From a virus (Duplodnaviria > Heunggongvirae > Uroviricota > Caudoviricetes), in the IMG/VR virus record IMGVR_UViG_2565956710_000004: 41,214 nt of DNA; one strand, given 5' to 3'. Position numbers and translations under genes: made by a program. Under the pieces are notes generated by a model. It made no database searches, was not told the DNA's origin, and worked only from the letters and a program-made list of their open reading frames with translations. Shown one piece after another: positions 1-7,923 of the stretch; position 1 is the first letter of the stretch, and each line of letters starts with the position of its first letter.

Positions 1-1143
1 CTATGCTGTTTTCATATCTACGATAACCCAGTCTTTACCACGATCATCATTGTATCGGTCGGTCATTTTTCTGGATTTATGACCTAACAACTTTTGCGTA
101 TCCAGACCCTGTTTCCGATATAACCGTTCTGACAGAGATCGCTGCTCATGAAATGTGGGCGCAGTTCCTTGCTCCCATTTTATGCCACATTTTTCCCTGG
201 CCTTTTTAAAAGCCGTTGTCAGAGTATTTGCAGAAACCTGGTCTCCTCTGTTTGCTTGAGAGGTTGTGTGACGGTAATGGACCAGATATTTACTAACAAC
301 AGCATCCCTGCACTGAGATATAACTTCACGAAGGGTAATATTCAGAGCATCGCATTTCAGGTTAAGCGGAATAGCAAGTTTTGAACCGGTTTTTTCCTGA
401 GTAATGTGCAACATGTCGTCCCAGATATCAGAGAATTTCAAATTGCAGATATCGCCTAAACGTTGTCCAGTGACAAGAGCAAGTAGCATCCCGCATTTTA
501 AATAGGGCTGCCGTCTGCTTACGCTGTCAAATATTGCCTGCCATTCGGGCAGTGATAATCTTTGGCGGTTTACTCGATTTCGCGGTTGTTTTGTTGCCTG
601 CGCTGGGTTAAATCCTGGCGGAACATGTCCTGCGTGTTGTGCTTCTTTGAAGACGTCGATCAACACCATTCTCACGACTTGCGCCATCCTGTTATGACCT
701 TCAGCCTTTACAGCATCAATTATTTCGGCAATATCAAGTGCGGTAATATCCTTGAGGTGTTGCATTCCACAATGCTCACGGAAAAGACGAATGGGTTTGC
801 CTTTTTGCCGATAGGAGTTGGGTCTTAGTTCATTATGTTGCAGCCTGTCCTCCTGGATAGAAATATATTTATCAAGCCATTCTGTCACCGTAATGTCTGA
901 GCGCCTGCCTTTCATTCTTTCTAGACGCTCATTGACGCTTAATATTTGTCGGGTACGTTGTTCAGCAATAATGGTATTTGCTTCAGTAGCAACTTGTTTT
1001 GCTTCATTCTCATCAGTTCCTAAGCTATGAAAACGACCGGATAGTGGATGTTTGTATTGCCAATATACCTTTCCGGTTCGCTTATCTAATTTGCAATATA
1101 AATTGGGTATAGAGATTTTGTGAGATCGGGGTCTAGCAGCCAT
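1..1143 (-). CDS. int: Tyrosine integrase (lambda Int family), complete
   Basis: 380-aa ORF, ATG at 1141-1143, stop TAG at 1-3. C-terminal catalytic region resembles lambda Int (HxxR in ...TFHEQRSLSERLY..., catalytic Tyr in ...MTDRYNDDRG...). N-terminal domain differs from lambda Int, so att specificity is probably different. First gene of prophage left arm. Confidence 0.9.
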   Translation of the reverse strand: MAARPRSHKISIPNLYCKLDKRTGKVYWQYKHPLSGRFHSLGTDENEAKQVATEANTIIAEQRTRQILSVNERLERMKGRRSDITVTEWLDKYISIQEDRLQHNELRPNSYRQKGKPIRLFREHCGMQHLKDITALDIAEIIDAVKAEGHNRMAQVVRMVLIDVFKEAQHAGHVPPGFNPAQATKQPRNRVNRQRLSLPEWQAIFDSVSRRQPYLKCGMLLALVTGQRLGDICNLKFSDIWDDMLHITQEKTGSKLAIPLNLKCDALNITLREVISQCRDAVVSKYLVHYRHTTSQANRGDQVSANTLTTAFKKAREKCGIKWEQGTAPTFHEQRSLSERLYRKQGLDTQKLLGHKSRKMTDRYNDDRGKDWVIVDMKTA

Positions 1144-1369
1144 CAGCGATTATCCGTTGGAGTTTTGGGTTTGCGTTTATTGGGAGTTGCGGTTCTGCAA
1201 GCGTTCCTACAAAACGGGAATTTCGGTCAATCATCCAGTAGCGACCAACTTTTATAGCGGGTGGGGCCATCATTTTCCCTTGCGCGTATTTTTTCAGAAC
1301 TCGCTCACTTGGTGCTAAGTCCCCAAATTCTTCTTTAGCCCAGTCCTGTAAAGTGATTAGTCGAGACAT
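1133..1369 (-). CDS. xis: Excisionase (lambda Xis-like winged helix)
   Basis: 78 aa, ATG at 1367-1369 preceded by GGAGGA; overlaps int start by 11 nt as in lambda. Motifs ITLQDW and MAPPAIKVGRYWMI parallel lambda Xis LTLQEW and IFPPPVKDGREYLF. Confidence 0.7.
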   Translation of the reverse strand: MSRLITLQDWAKEEFGDLAPSERVLKKYAQGKMMAPPAIKVGRYWMIDRNSRFVGTLAEPQLPINANPKLQRIIADGC

Positions 1370-1508
1370 TTGTCCTCCTCTTAGCTGCTGAGGGAGTTTG
1401 TGACCGATATATCTGACATGATATTAAGCTCATGGCAGGTACATCTCTTGACTGGTCATAGAGATAAATTTAATGCTGAGAAATGCAGTATTGAATTTAT
1501 CAATTTTT

Positions 1509-1748
1509 CTATTTCCTGCGTATGGCACGTAACTTCTTAATGTGTTCTGCCGTTTCGATCTCTTCTGCTATCCGATCTGCATCAGCTTTATTCACAGGTT
1601 CAAAGTCATGATTAAAGCGGAACATGCTGGCGATACATGTTCTGCCTTTTCGGATGTAGTGAACTTTGTTGTGGGTAGAACGCAGGATTTTGCAGGGAGT
1701 GCCGTGGTGGTCGACGTACCAGGTGTTAGGAAAAATGATTCTGAACAT
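1509..1748 (-). CDS. Hypothetical small early-left protein
   Basis: 79-aa ORF with ATG start and GAGGTG Shine-Dalgarno; same strand and orientation as the pL operon. No recognisable motif. Confidence 0.4.
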   Translation of the reverse strand: MFRIIFPNTWYVDHHGTPCKILRSTHNKVHYIRKGRTCIASMFRFNHDFEPVNKADADRIAEEIETAEHIKKLRAIRRK

Positions 1749-1794
1749 TTTTACACCTCAGTTGGCGATGTTGAAATTTGCTGCTTTGAGGCCA

Positions 1795-2013
1795 TCACAA
1801 TCCCCATTGTTTGTTCTTAAGTTCGATTTCCTCCTGGCAACTGGCGCAAGTCCGACAACCCTGAACGGCCAGTCGTCTTCGTTCATCTATCGGATCGCCA
1901 CACTCACAACAATGAGTGGCAGATATAGCCTGGTGGTTCAGGCGGCGCATTTTTATTGCTGTATTGCGCTGTAATTCTTCGATTTCTGATGCTGAATCAA
2001 TGATGTCTGCCAT
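1795..2013 (-). CDS. DksA/TraR-type C4 zinc-finger protein
   Basis: 72 aa containing CxxC-(17 aa)-CxxC (CCECGDPIDERRRLAVQGCRTCASCQ), the C4 zinc-finger arrangement of the TraR/DksA family common in prophage early regions. Confidence 0.6.
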   Translation of the reverse strand: MADIIDSASEIEELQRNTAIKMRRLNHQAISATHCCECGDPIDERRRLAVQGCRTCASCQEEIELKNKQWGL

Positions 2014-2111
2014 CTTTCATTAATCCCTGAATTGTTGGTTAATACGCTTGAGGGTGAATGCGAACAATAAAAAAGGAGCCTGTAGCTCCCTGATGATTTT
2101 GCTTTTCATGT

Positions 2112-2327
2112 TCACCGTTCCTTAAAGGCGCCGTTTAACATACCGATTGCCAGACTTAAATGAGTCGGTGTGAATCTCATCAGCGTTACCGTTTCGCGGT
2201 GCTTCTTCAGTACGCTACGGCAAATGTCATCGACGTTTTTATCCGGAAACTGCTGTCTGTTTTTTTTGATTTCAGCATTAGCCTGACGGGCAATGCTGCG
2301 AAGGGCGTTTTCTTGCTGAGGTGTCAT
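2112..2327 (-). CDS. Hypothetical protein (71 aa from internal ATG)
   Basis: ORF in pL orientation; the start MTPQQENAL at ATG 2325-2327 is preferred over the longer 93-aa form in the track. Position corresponds to the small orf cluster between xis and exo in lambda. Confidence 0.35.
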   Translation of the reverse strand: MTPQQENALRSIARQANAEIKKNRQQFPDKNVDDICRSVLKKHRETVTLMRFTPTHLSLAIGMLNGAFKER

Positions 2328-2403
2328 TGAACAAGTCCCATGTCGGCAAGCATAAGCACACAGAATATGAAGCCCGCTGCCAGAAAAATGCATTCCGTGG
2401 TTG

Positions 2404-2595
2404 TCATATCAGCTCTTTCTCGTCTGCTTCTGCTTTCGCCGCCATCATTTCGAGCTTTTGTGAAAGGGATGCGGCTAACGTATGAAATTCTTCGTCTGTT
2501 TCTGCTGGTATTGGCACAAACCTGACTCCAATATGAGCGAGGCTATGTGCCATCTCGATACTCGTTCTTAACTCAACAGGAGATGCTTTGTGCAT
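2404..2595 (-). CDS. Hypothetical small acidic protein (lambda orf63 position)
   Basis: 63-aa ORF, ATG start with G-rich SD; same size and position as lambda orf63 just downstream of orf60a/exo. Confidence 0.4.
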   Translation of the reverse strand: MHKASPVELRTSIEMAHSLAHIGVRFVPIPAETDEEFHTLAASLSQKLEMMAAKAEADEKELI

Positions 2596-2750
2596 ACAGC
2601 CCCCCGTTTATTATTTATATCCTCAGCCAGCCGCTGTGCTTTCAGTGGATTTCTGATAACAGAAAGGCCAGGAAATACCCAGCCTCGCTTTGTAACGGAG
2701 TAGACGAAAGTGATCGCACCTACCCGGATATTATCGTGAGGATGCTTCAT
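2568..2750 (-). CDS. Hypothetical protein translationally coupled to exo (lambda orf60a position)
   Basis: ATG at 2748-2750 overlaps the exo stop (2747-2749) in an ATGA arrangement on the minus strand; 60 aa. Lambda orf60a overlaps exo the same way. Confidence 0.4.
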   Translation of the reverse strand: MKHPHDNIRVGAITFVYSVTKRGWVFPGLSVIRNPLKAQRLAEDINNKRGAVCTKHLLLS

Positions 2751-3427
2751 CGCCATTGCTCCCCAAATACAAAACCAATTTCAGCCAGTGCCTCGTCCAT
2801 TTTTTCGATGAACTCCGGCACCATCTCGTCAAAACTCGCCATGTACTTTTCATCCCGCTCAACCACGACATAATGCAGGCCTTCACGCTTCATACGCGGG
2901 TCATAGTTGGCAAAGTACCAGGCATCTTTTCGCGTCACCCACATGCTGTACTGCACCTGGGCCATGTAAGCCGACTTTATGGCCTCGAAACCACCGAGCC
3001 GGAACTTGATGAAATCCCGGGAGGTAAACGGGCATTTCAGCTCAAGGCCGTTGCCGTCACTGCATAAACCATCCGGAGAGCAGGCGGTACGCATACTTTC
3101 GTCGCGATAGATGATCGGGGATTCAGTAACATTCACGCCGGAAGTGAACTCAAACAGGGTTCTGGCGTCGTTCTCGTACTGTTTTCCCCAGTCCAGCGCC
3201 TTAGCATTAACTTCCGGAGCCACACCGGTGCAAACCTCAGCCAGCAGGGTGTGGAAGTAGGACATTTTCATGTCAGGCCACTTCGTTCCTGATCGGGGTT
3301 TTGCTATTACGTTGTGAACTTCTGAAGCTGTGATGACGCCGAGCCGTAATTTGTGCCACGCATCATCTCCCTGCTCGATAGCTCTCACGTCGATCCCGGT
3401 ACGCTGCAGGATAATGTCCGGTGTCAT
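2747..3427 (-). CDS. exo: Lambda exonuclease (Red alpha)
   Basis: 226 aa; sequence [44 protein letters not shown]... is essentially identical to recalled lambda Exo over its full length. Confidence 0.95.
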   Translation of the reverse strand: MTPDIILQRTGIDVRAIEQGDDAWHKLRLGVITASEVHNVIAKPRSGTKWPDMKMSYFHTLLAEVCTGVAPEVNAKALDWGKQYENDARTLFEFTSGVNVTESPIIYRDESMRTACSPDGLCSDGNGLELKCPFTSRDFIKFRLGGFEAIKSAYMAQVQYSMWVTRKDAWYFANYDPRMKREGLHYVVVERDEKYMASFDEMVPEFIEKMDEALAEIGFVFGEQWR

Positions 3428-4209
3428 GCTGCCACCTTCTGTTCAGTGGCTTTTTGTTTCAGGAATCCAAGAGCTTTCACTGCTTCGTCCTGTGTCAGTT
3501 CTGACGATGCACGAATGTCGCGGCGAAATATCTGGGAACAGAGCGGCAATAAGTCGTCATCCCATGTTTTATCCAGGGCGATCAGCAGAGTGTTAATCTC
3601 CTGCATGGTTTCATCGTTAACCGGAGTGATGTCGCGTTCCGGCTGACGTTCTGCAGTGTATGCGGTATTTTCGACAATGCGCTCGGCTTCATCCTTGTCA
3701 TAGATACCAGCAAATCCGAAGGCCAGACGGGCACACTGAATCATAGCTTTATGCCGTAACATCCGTTTGGGATGCGACTGCCACGGTCCGGTGATTTCTC
3801 TGCCTTCGCGAGTTTTGAATGGTTCGCGGCGGCATTCATCCATCCATTCGGTAACGCAGATCGGATGATTACGGTCCTTGCGGTAAATCCGGCATGTACA
3901 GGATTCATTGTCCTGCTCAAAGTCCATGCCATCAAACTGCTGGTTTTCATTGATGATGCGGGACCAGCCATCAACGCCCACCACCGGAACGATGCCGTTC
4001 TGCTTATCAGGGAAGGCGTAAATTTCTTTCGTCCACGGATTAAGGCCGTACTGGTTGGCGACGATCAACAATGCGATGAACTGCGCATCGCTGGCATCAC
4101 CTTTAAATGCCGTCTGGCGAAGAGTGGTGATCAGTTCCTGTGGGTCGACAGAATCCATGCCGACACGTTCAGCCAGCTTCCCTGCCAGCGTTGCGAGTGC
4201 TGTACTCAT
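3424..4209 (-). CDS. bet: Red beta single-strand annealing protein
   Basis: 261 aa; [66 protein letters not shown]... matches lambda Bet; 4-nt overlap with exo as in lambda. Confidence 0.95.
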   Translation of the reverse strand: MSTALATLAGKLAERVGMDSVDPQELITTLRQTAFKGDASDAQFIALLIVANQYGLNPWTKEIYAFPDKQNGIVPVVGVDGWSRIINENQQFDGMDFEQDNESCTCRIYRKDRNHPICVTEWMDECRREPFKTREGREITGPWQSHPKRMLRHKAMIQCARLAFGFAGIYDKDEAERIVENTAYTAERQPERDITPVNDETMQEINTLLIALDKTWDDDLLPLCSQIFRRDIRASSELTQDEAVKALGFLKQKATEQKVAA

Positions 4210-4214
4210 CCGTT

Positions 4215-4511
4215 TTATACCTCTGAATCAATATCAACCTGGTGGTGAGCAATGGTTTCAACCATGTACCGGATGTGTTCTGCCATGCGCTCCTGAAACT
4301 CAACATCGTCATCAAACGCACGGGTAATGGCTTTTTTGCTGGCCCCGCAGCGTTGCAAATGATCGATGCAGAGCGATTCAAACAAATGCTGGGGCAGACC
4401 CTTTTCCAGGTCGTCTGCCAGTTCTGCCTCTTTCTCTTCACGGGCGATCTGCTGGTAGTGACGCGCCCAGCTCTGAGCCTCAAGACGATCCTGAATGTAA
4501 TAAGCGTTCAT
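4215..4511 (-). CDS. gam: Gam (RecBCD inhibitor), short GamS-length form
   Basis: 98 aa [21 protein letters not shown]...[10 protein letters not shown] matches the C-terminal 98 aa of lambda Gam. Upstream in-frame sequence still reads ...FRSSAM like lambda but hits an in-frame TAA at 4566-4568, so the 138-aa long form cannot be made. Confidence 0.9.
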   Translation of the reverse strand: MNAYYIQDRLEAQSWARHYQQIAREEKEAELADDLEKGLPQHLFESLCIDHLQRCGASKKAITRAFDDDVEFQERMAEHIRYMVETIAHHQVDIDSEV

Positions 4512-4586
4512 GGCTGAACTCCTGAAAATGGCTGTGAAACTATTGCCCGGGAAATGCCAGGCTGATTAGGAAAACAGGAAAGGGGG

Positions 4587-4877
4587 TTAGTGATTCAGGC
4601 CGTTGCCGCGTCCGTCGAGAAAAATTTCCACGAGCAAGTCACGGGTATAAGTGCGCTCGATGCCGCGATGCAGATAAAGCCGTCCGCGTAGATTAGCTGA
4701 TGCAGTCCAGGTACCATCTTTGTGTTTGACCAGCATTCCTGGCATGACCGCACCGCGATTAACGGTCTGCGTTCCGTAATGTTGATGAACCATAAAAACT
4801 CCTGCCCGTAAGCTGGGCTGCTGAACATATAGAGACTTCTGCGCGTATTCAGGCGGTGGATGGCCGCCGGTTGTCAT
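4587..4877 (-). CDS. Hypothetical protein, first ORF downstream of putative pL (96 aa from ATG)
   Basis: Frame-0 minus-strand ORF; the track form starts at a TTG (4995-4997) with no SD, so the ATG at 4875-4877 (GAGG about 10 nt upstream) is preferred. No similarity I can recognise to N, Kil or CIII. Confidence 0.3.
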   Translation of the reverse strand: MTTGGHPPPEYAQKSLYVQQPSLRAGVFMVHQHYGTQTVNRGAVMPGMLVKHKDGTWTASANLRGRLYLHRGIERTYTRDLLVEIFLDGRGNGLNH

Positions 4878-5049
4878 AACTAAGCCGCCTCGTTGAAGCG
4901 ACTGAGGTATGAGGTGTTGAGTTGATTTCAGCTGGTCACACCGACGTTCACGCGTCCGCTTCACCCCTCGCACTCCCCGGAGCCTGCTGAAATTCAAGCT
5001 GCGGATCTAAGCGGTCATCGCAACGGTGAATCAGGTGGTTGCCGTATGA

Positions 5050-5150
5050 TTGTGTTGTTGCGATGAACTTATTTAAAACTATAGTTGTTTTATCGTCAAC
5101 AACATAAGTTGTTTTACTGGTTGTTTTAGATATAACTGGTTGTATTTGGG
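5050..5150 (-). promoter_or_regulatory. Putative OL/pL operator-promoter region
   Basis: Cluster of GTTGTT / AACAAC hexamers (GTTGTT at 5054, 5084, 5108, 5120; AACAAC at 5098), including inverted repeats GTTGTT-N8-AACAAC and AACAAC-ATAA-GTTGTT. The same half-site forms the inverted repeat TGGTTGTT-N7-AACAACCA in the cI/cro intergenic region. Lies between the cassette terminator and the leftward early genes, where OL is expected. Confidence 0.35.
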
Positions 5151-5240
5151 ATGGATTTATTTTGTGACTTGAATCGCATAGCGATAACTGAAGCGAGGTT
5201 GTGGTGGTTTTTTGAACGGTGTGTGTGATGAGGGGAGGGG

Positions 5241-5270
5241 CAAAAGAAAACCCGGCACGGTGGCCGGGTT
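5241..5270 (-). terminator. Rho-independent terminator (bidirectional hairpin) ending the cI-linked cassette
   Basis: Perfect 6-bp GC-rich stem CCCGGC(5251-5256)/GCCGGG(5263-5268), extendable by two A-T pairs, 6-nt loop, T-rich tracts on both sides; 5 nt after the stop of the 316-aa gene. Analogous in position to lambda tIMM after rexB. Confidence 0.6.
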
Positions 5271-5274
5271 GTTT

Positions 5275-6225
5275 TTATAGCTCATTGTAAACAGCAATAG
5301 GCTCAATGAAATACTCATCAGAGTCAGGGGCGCAAAATGTTGACTCCAGATCAAAAAGGCTGTCATTCATATTCCAGACTGCACTGCGAATGCCGTTTAG
5401 TTCACGAGCCTCTGATTCCTGATTACCTTCAGACGTTGATGTACGCGTTATCATCCCTACGACTGTGAATGCAGAGGTCGTTCGACGAGAATATAACTTT
5501 ACAAACATTTCTGGACTGATTTTAAGAAAATCTCTGATTAAGAATGAGGTGAATTTAATATCTTGCATTTTTTGTGATATTTCTATTTCGTCACCATATG
5601 CGTAATCTAAAACAGAAGACAGATGCTCAAAGAATTTTTTCTGATTTGGAGATGTTAAATTATCAAGCTCACTTTTAATTTCTGCTTGTCTTGCCTTGAT
5701 AATATTAAATTCATTGGATTTGGGTTTTATCGATTTCAGCATCGATTCTAGACTTTCTAATTCGTCATTTCGATGAACGAAATTAATAGCATAGTTAGTT
5801 TTACAGAAATTCTTAGCGGTATTTTTTAATTTATTATAGTCATTAAATTGAATTGGGCAGGTGATTTTAACAAAGCAATTAGCCTTAATTTTGTTCGAGT
5901 CGATCGGGGAAGTTATGTTAGACAGAATTCCTCTTTTGCTAAGTTCGTTTTCAAATTTCAGATAATGATAATCATGAGGGTTTAACACTGTTGATATTTT
6001 TTTTGTGTCACTCGTTTTACTTGAACTACTTTTTGTCTTTATTTCGACTGCATCTATATTTGAAAGAGTAGACTCTTTATGCTCCATCGCGGATTGAATT
6101 ACGCCCTCAAATAATTGAGAGCTTAAAGAGTAGACCTTCTCATAATCAATATAAATGATATTTTTTAACTGCATACCAATTCCATTAGTGATATTTAAGT
6201 TGTTCTTTCTTTCTTTCAAAGTCAT
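5275..6225 (-). CDS. Hypothetical 316-aa protein, cargo gene in rexAB position
   Basis: Long ORF in very AT-rich DNA with Lys/Asn/Ile-rich codon usage unlike the flanking phage backbone; same strand as cI; followed directly by the terminator. No catalytic motif recognised. Confidence 0.6.
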   Translation of the reverse strand: MTLKERKNNLNITNGIGMQLKNIIYIDYEKVYSLSSQLFEGVIQSAMEHKESTLSNIDAVEIKTKSSSSKTSDTKKISTVLNPHDYHYLKFENELSKRGILSNITSPIDSNKIKANCFVKITCPIQFNDYNKLKNTAKNFCKTNYAINFVHRNDELESLESMLKSIKPKSNEFNIIKARQAEIKSELDNLTSPNQKKFFEHLSSVLDYAYGDEIEISQKMQDIKFTSFLIRDFLKISPEMFVKLYSRRTTSAFTVVGMITRTSTSEGNQESEARELNGIRSAVWNMNDSLFDLESTFCAPDSDEYFIEPIAVYNEL

Positions 6226-6364
6226 CGCTATTTGACTTTCTGACCCTTTCTATGTGCATTAAAGTTTCCTGTGCATTTTTGAGGTTTTTTCTTGAAAACC
6301 ATGCCAATACAGCAGGTATCACAACAGCTATTATGGATAAAATAGTAATTAAGTACTCCATAAT

Positions 6365-6781
6365 TTACTCCTGCGCCACTACTTTGTTATTGATAATAGC
6401 ACACCTGACTGAATTTTGTCCAATGTATAAGGATATACCACAAGTAATAGCGACTAATATGCGAGTCGTATTCATGTTAAGGATGTTATCAGCCAGCATA
6501 ACAATAATGTAAATTATAGAAAAAAGTACAATGAAAACAATCGATATGGTAGTGTTTATAATAATATTGTTTTCAGTTTGCTTGCTGGGTTGGCCCATTC
6601 CGTAATAAATACTGGATATTTGTACGGCAAAGCCAAAACATATCAACTCAGTTATATTGATCAGCTCTATGTTTTTATTAGTGATGAAATAAGCAATAAA
6701 TCTAATAAAGATAGGGATTGCTCCAATGATTACTGTTCCGCACCACCACTTGAAATAATCACTATGAATATTATGTTGCAT
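6365..6781 (-). CDS. Hypothetical 4-TM integral membrane protein, cargo gene immediately downstream of cI
   Basis: 138 aa, ATG at 6779-6781, 48 bp after the cI stop. Four hydrophobic segments (about residues 12-33, 43-62, 74-97, 107-122). Size and topology are reminiscent of RexB (144 aa, 4 TM), but there is no sequence similarity I can assert. Confidence 0.6.
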   Translation of the reverse strand: MQHNIHSDYFKWWCGTVIIGAIPIFIRFIAYFITNKNIELINITELICFGFAVQISSIYYGMGQPSKQTENNIIINTTISIVFIVLFSIIYIIVMLADNILNMNTTRILVAITCGISLYIGQNSVRCAIINNKVVAQE

Positions 6782-6829
6782 TATATAAACTCAATATTTA
6801 ATTAATTTAAAGTTTCATAAGTTCCATTT

Positions 6830-7519
6830 TTACCCATGCTTCCTGTACGTCTGCGGCATGCTCCCGATGACTTTCCCGAAAATGAATACCCGGTTCATCT
6901 CGTCTTTCTCGATCGGGTCCCACGGTGAGTAACTCTTGTTATCAGAGATAACGAGCAGCTTATCCTTCATCATTTGCAGGCGCTTTACATGGGCTGTGTC
7001 GTCGTACAGAAACGCATAGATACCATCACCGTCGAAAGATTTAACCGTGATATCAACGAACAGAAGATCACCTGGTTCGATCGTTCCTGACATGCTGTCA
7101 CCGCGTACGTTAATGATGCGGATATTTTCTGCCTTCCTGCCATCGAACATGTGACGAGCATCGTCAAACGAGTACTCAACCGAGCGTAGAACTTCTACAA
7201 ACTCACGGTTGATGACTCCCGGCCCGGCACTCACTTCTATATCAAGAACGTCAATCTTAAAGTATTTGGAATGGCTGACAGTGGATTGTATTGGTTGCAC
7301 TGTACTGTCTGACATATTTCCAACGCCAGAAGATAACCATTCTGCGCGCACACCCAAAGCGTTCGCGATCTCCACGATTTTAGTTGTTTGGTTAGCTTTC
7401 CCTGTTTCGATTTTCTGAATAGCAGCTTGGCTAACCCCGACCAAATCCCCAAGCGCCTTTTGTGTAAGGCCTCGCGCTAATCTGGCTTCTTTAAGTCTTT
7501 CTGAGAGTGTTGTTTTCAT
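6830..7519 (-). CDS. cI: CI-type prophage repressor (N-terminal HTH, C-terminal S24 LexA-like autopeptidase)
   Basis: Start MKTTLSERLKEARLARGLTQKALGDLVGVSQAAIQKIE (HTH_XRE pattern). C-terminal ...VRGDSMSGTIEPGDLLFVD... and ...HVKRL... give the Ser/Lys dyad of S24 peptidases. ATG at 7517-7519 has no SD, consistent with a leaderless pRM transcript as in lambda. The track extension to 7585 runs through the operators and is rejected. Confidence 0.85.
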   Translation of the reverse strand: MKTTLSERLKEARLARGLTQKALGDLVGVSQAAIQKIETGKANQTTKIVEIANALGVRAEWLSSGVGNMSDSTVQPIQSTVSHSKYFKIDVLDIEVSAGPGVINREFVEVLRSVEYSFDDARHMFDGRKAENIRIINVRGDSMSGTIEPGDLLFVDITVKSFDGDGIYAFLYDDTAHVKRLQMMKDKLLVISDNKSYSPWDPIEKDEMNRVFIFGKVIGSMPQTYRKHG

Positions 7520-7623
7520 AGTCCAAATGTACAACCAAGGTTTTATTTCATCAAACGAAAATGGTTGTTGACTAAAAACAACCATAGTTTTAACCTTGAT
7601 TCAAATTAACCACGGAGGTTGTT
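7520..7623. promoter_or_regulatory. OR operator / divergent pRM-pR promoter region
   Basis: Intergenic region between divergent cI and cro. Inverted repeat TGGTTGTT-GACTAAA-AACAACCA (7562-7584), near-palindromes AACCAAGGTT and AACCTTGATT, TTGACT (7568-7573) as candidate -35, GGAGG SD before cro. Confidence 0.6.
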
Positions 7624-7854
7624 ATGAACCCAGCTATCAAAACAGCGATCAATATCGTTGGTTCACAAAAGAAACTGGGCGCTGCCTGCGAAGTTTCACA
7701 GCAGGCCGTCTATAAGTGGCTTCACAACAAAGCAAAGGTATCCCCTGAACATGTCGGCAGCATTGTTACGGCTACTGGTGGAGTAGTGAAGGCATACCAG
7801 ATTCGCCCGGATCTTCCGAAGTTGTTTCCACACACCGAAAAGAACGCAGCTTAA
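7624..7854 (+). CDS. cro: Cro-like repressor (YdaS/Cro HTH family)
   Basis: 76-aa HTH protein divergent from cI with strong SD; core ...GSQKKLGAACEVSQQAVYKWLHNKAKVS... has the YdaS/Cro helix-turn-helix pattern. Confidence 0.75.
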   Translation: MNPAIKTAINIVGSQKKLGAACEVSQQAVYKWLHNKAKVSPEHVGSIVTATGGVVKAYQIRPDLPKLFPHTEKNAA

Positions 7855-7923
7855 ATTTCCATTTCACGCTCTTTAACAATAAGCAATCAACTTAACAGTC
7901 AATTCAAACTAAAGGAGTCAATT

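Noticed and set aside
4587-4997. 136-aa TTG-initiated ORF with arginine-rich N-terminus as an N antiterminator
   Set aside because: No Shine-Dalgarno before the TTG and no similarity to known N proteins beyond arginine richness; kept only as a low-confidence hypothesis in the findings, with the ATG-initiated 96-aa form listed as a feature.
5157-5366. 69-aa minus-strand ORF
   Set aside because: Overlaps both the 3' end of the 316-aa gene and the terminator hairpin; no start context.
6252-6512. 86-aa plus-strand ORF
   Set aside because: Antisense to the 4-TM gene in AT-rich DNA; hydrophobicity mirrors the sense-strand gene.
6830-7585. Extended 251-aa form of cI starting at 7585
   Set aside because: The extra N-terminal 22 codons run through the operator/promoter region and precede the conserved MKTTLSERL start typical of CI-type repressors; the shorter leaderless form is preferred.
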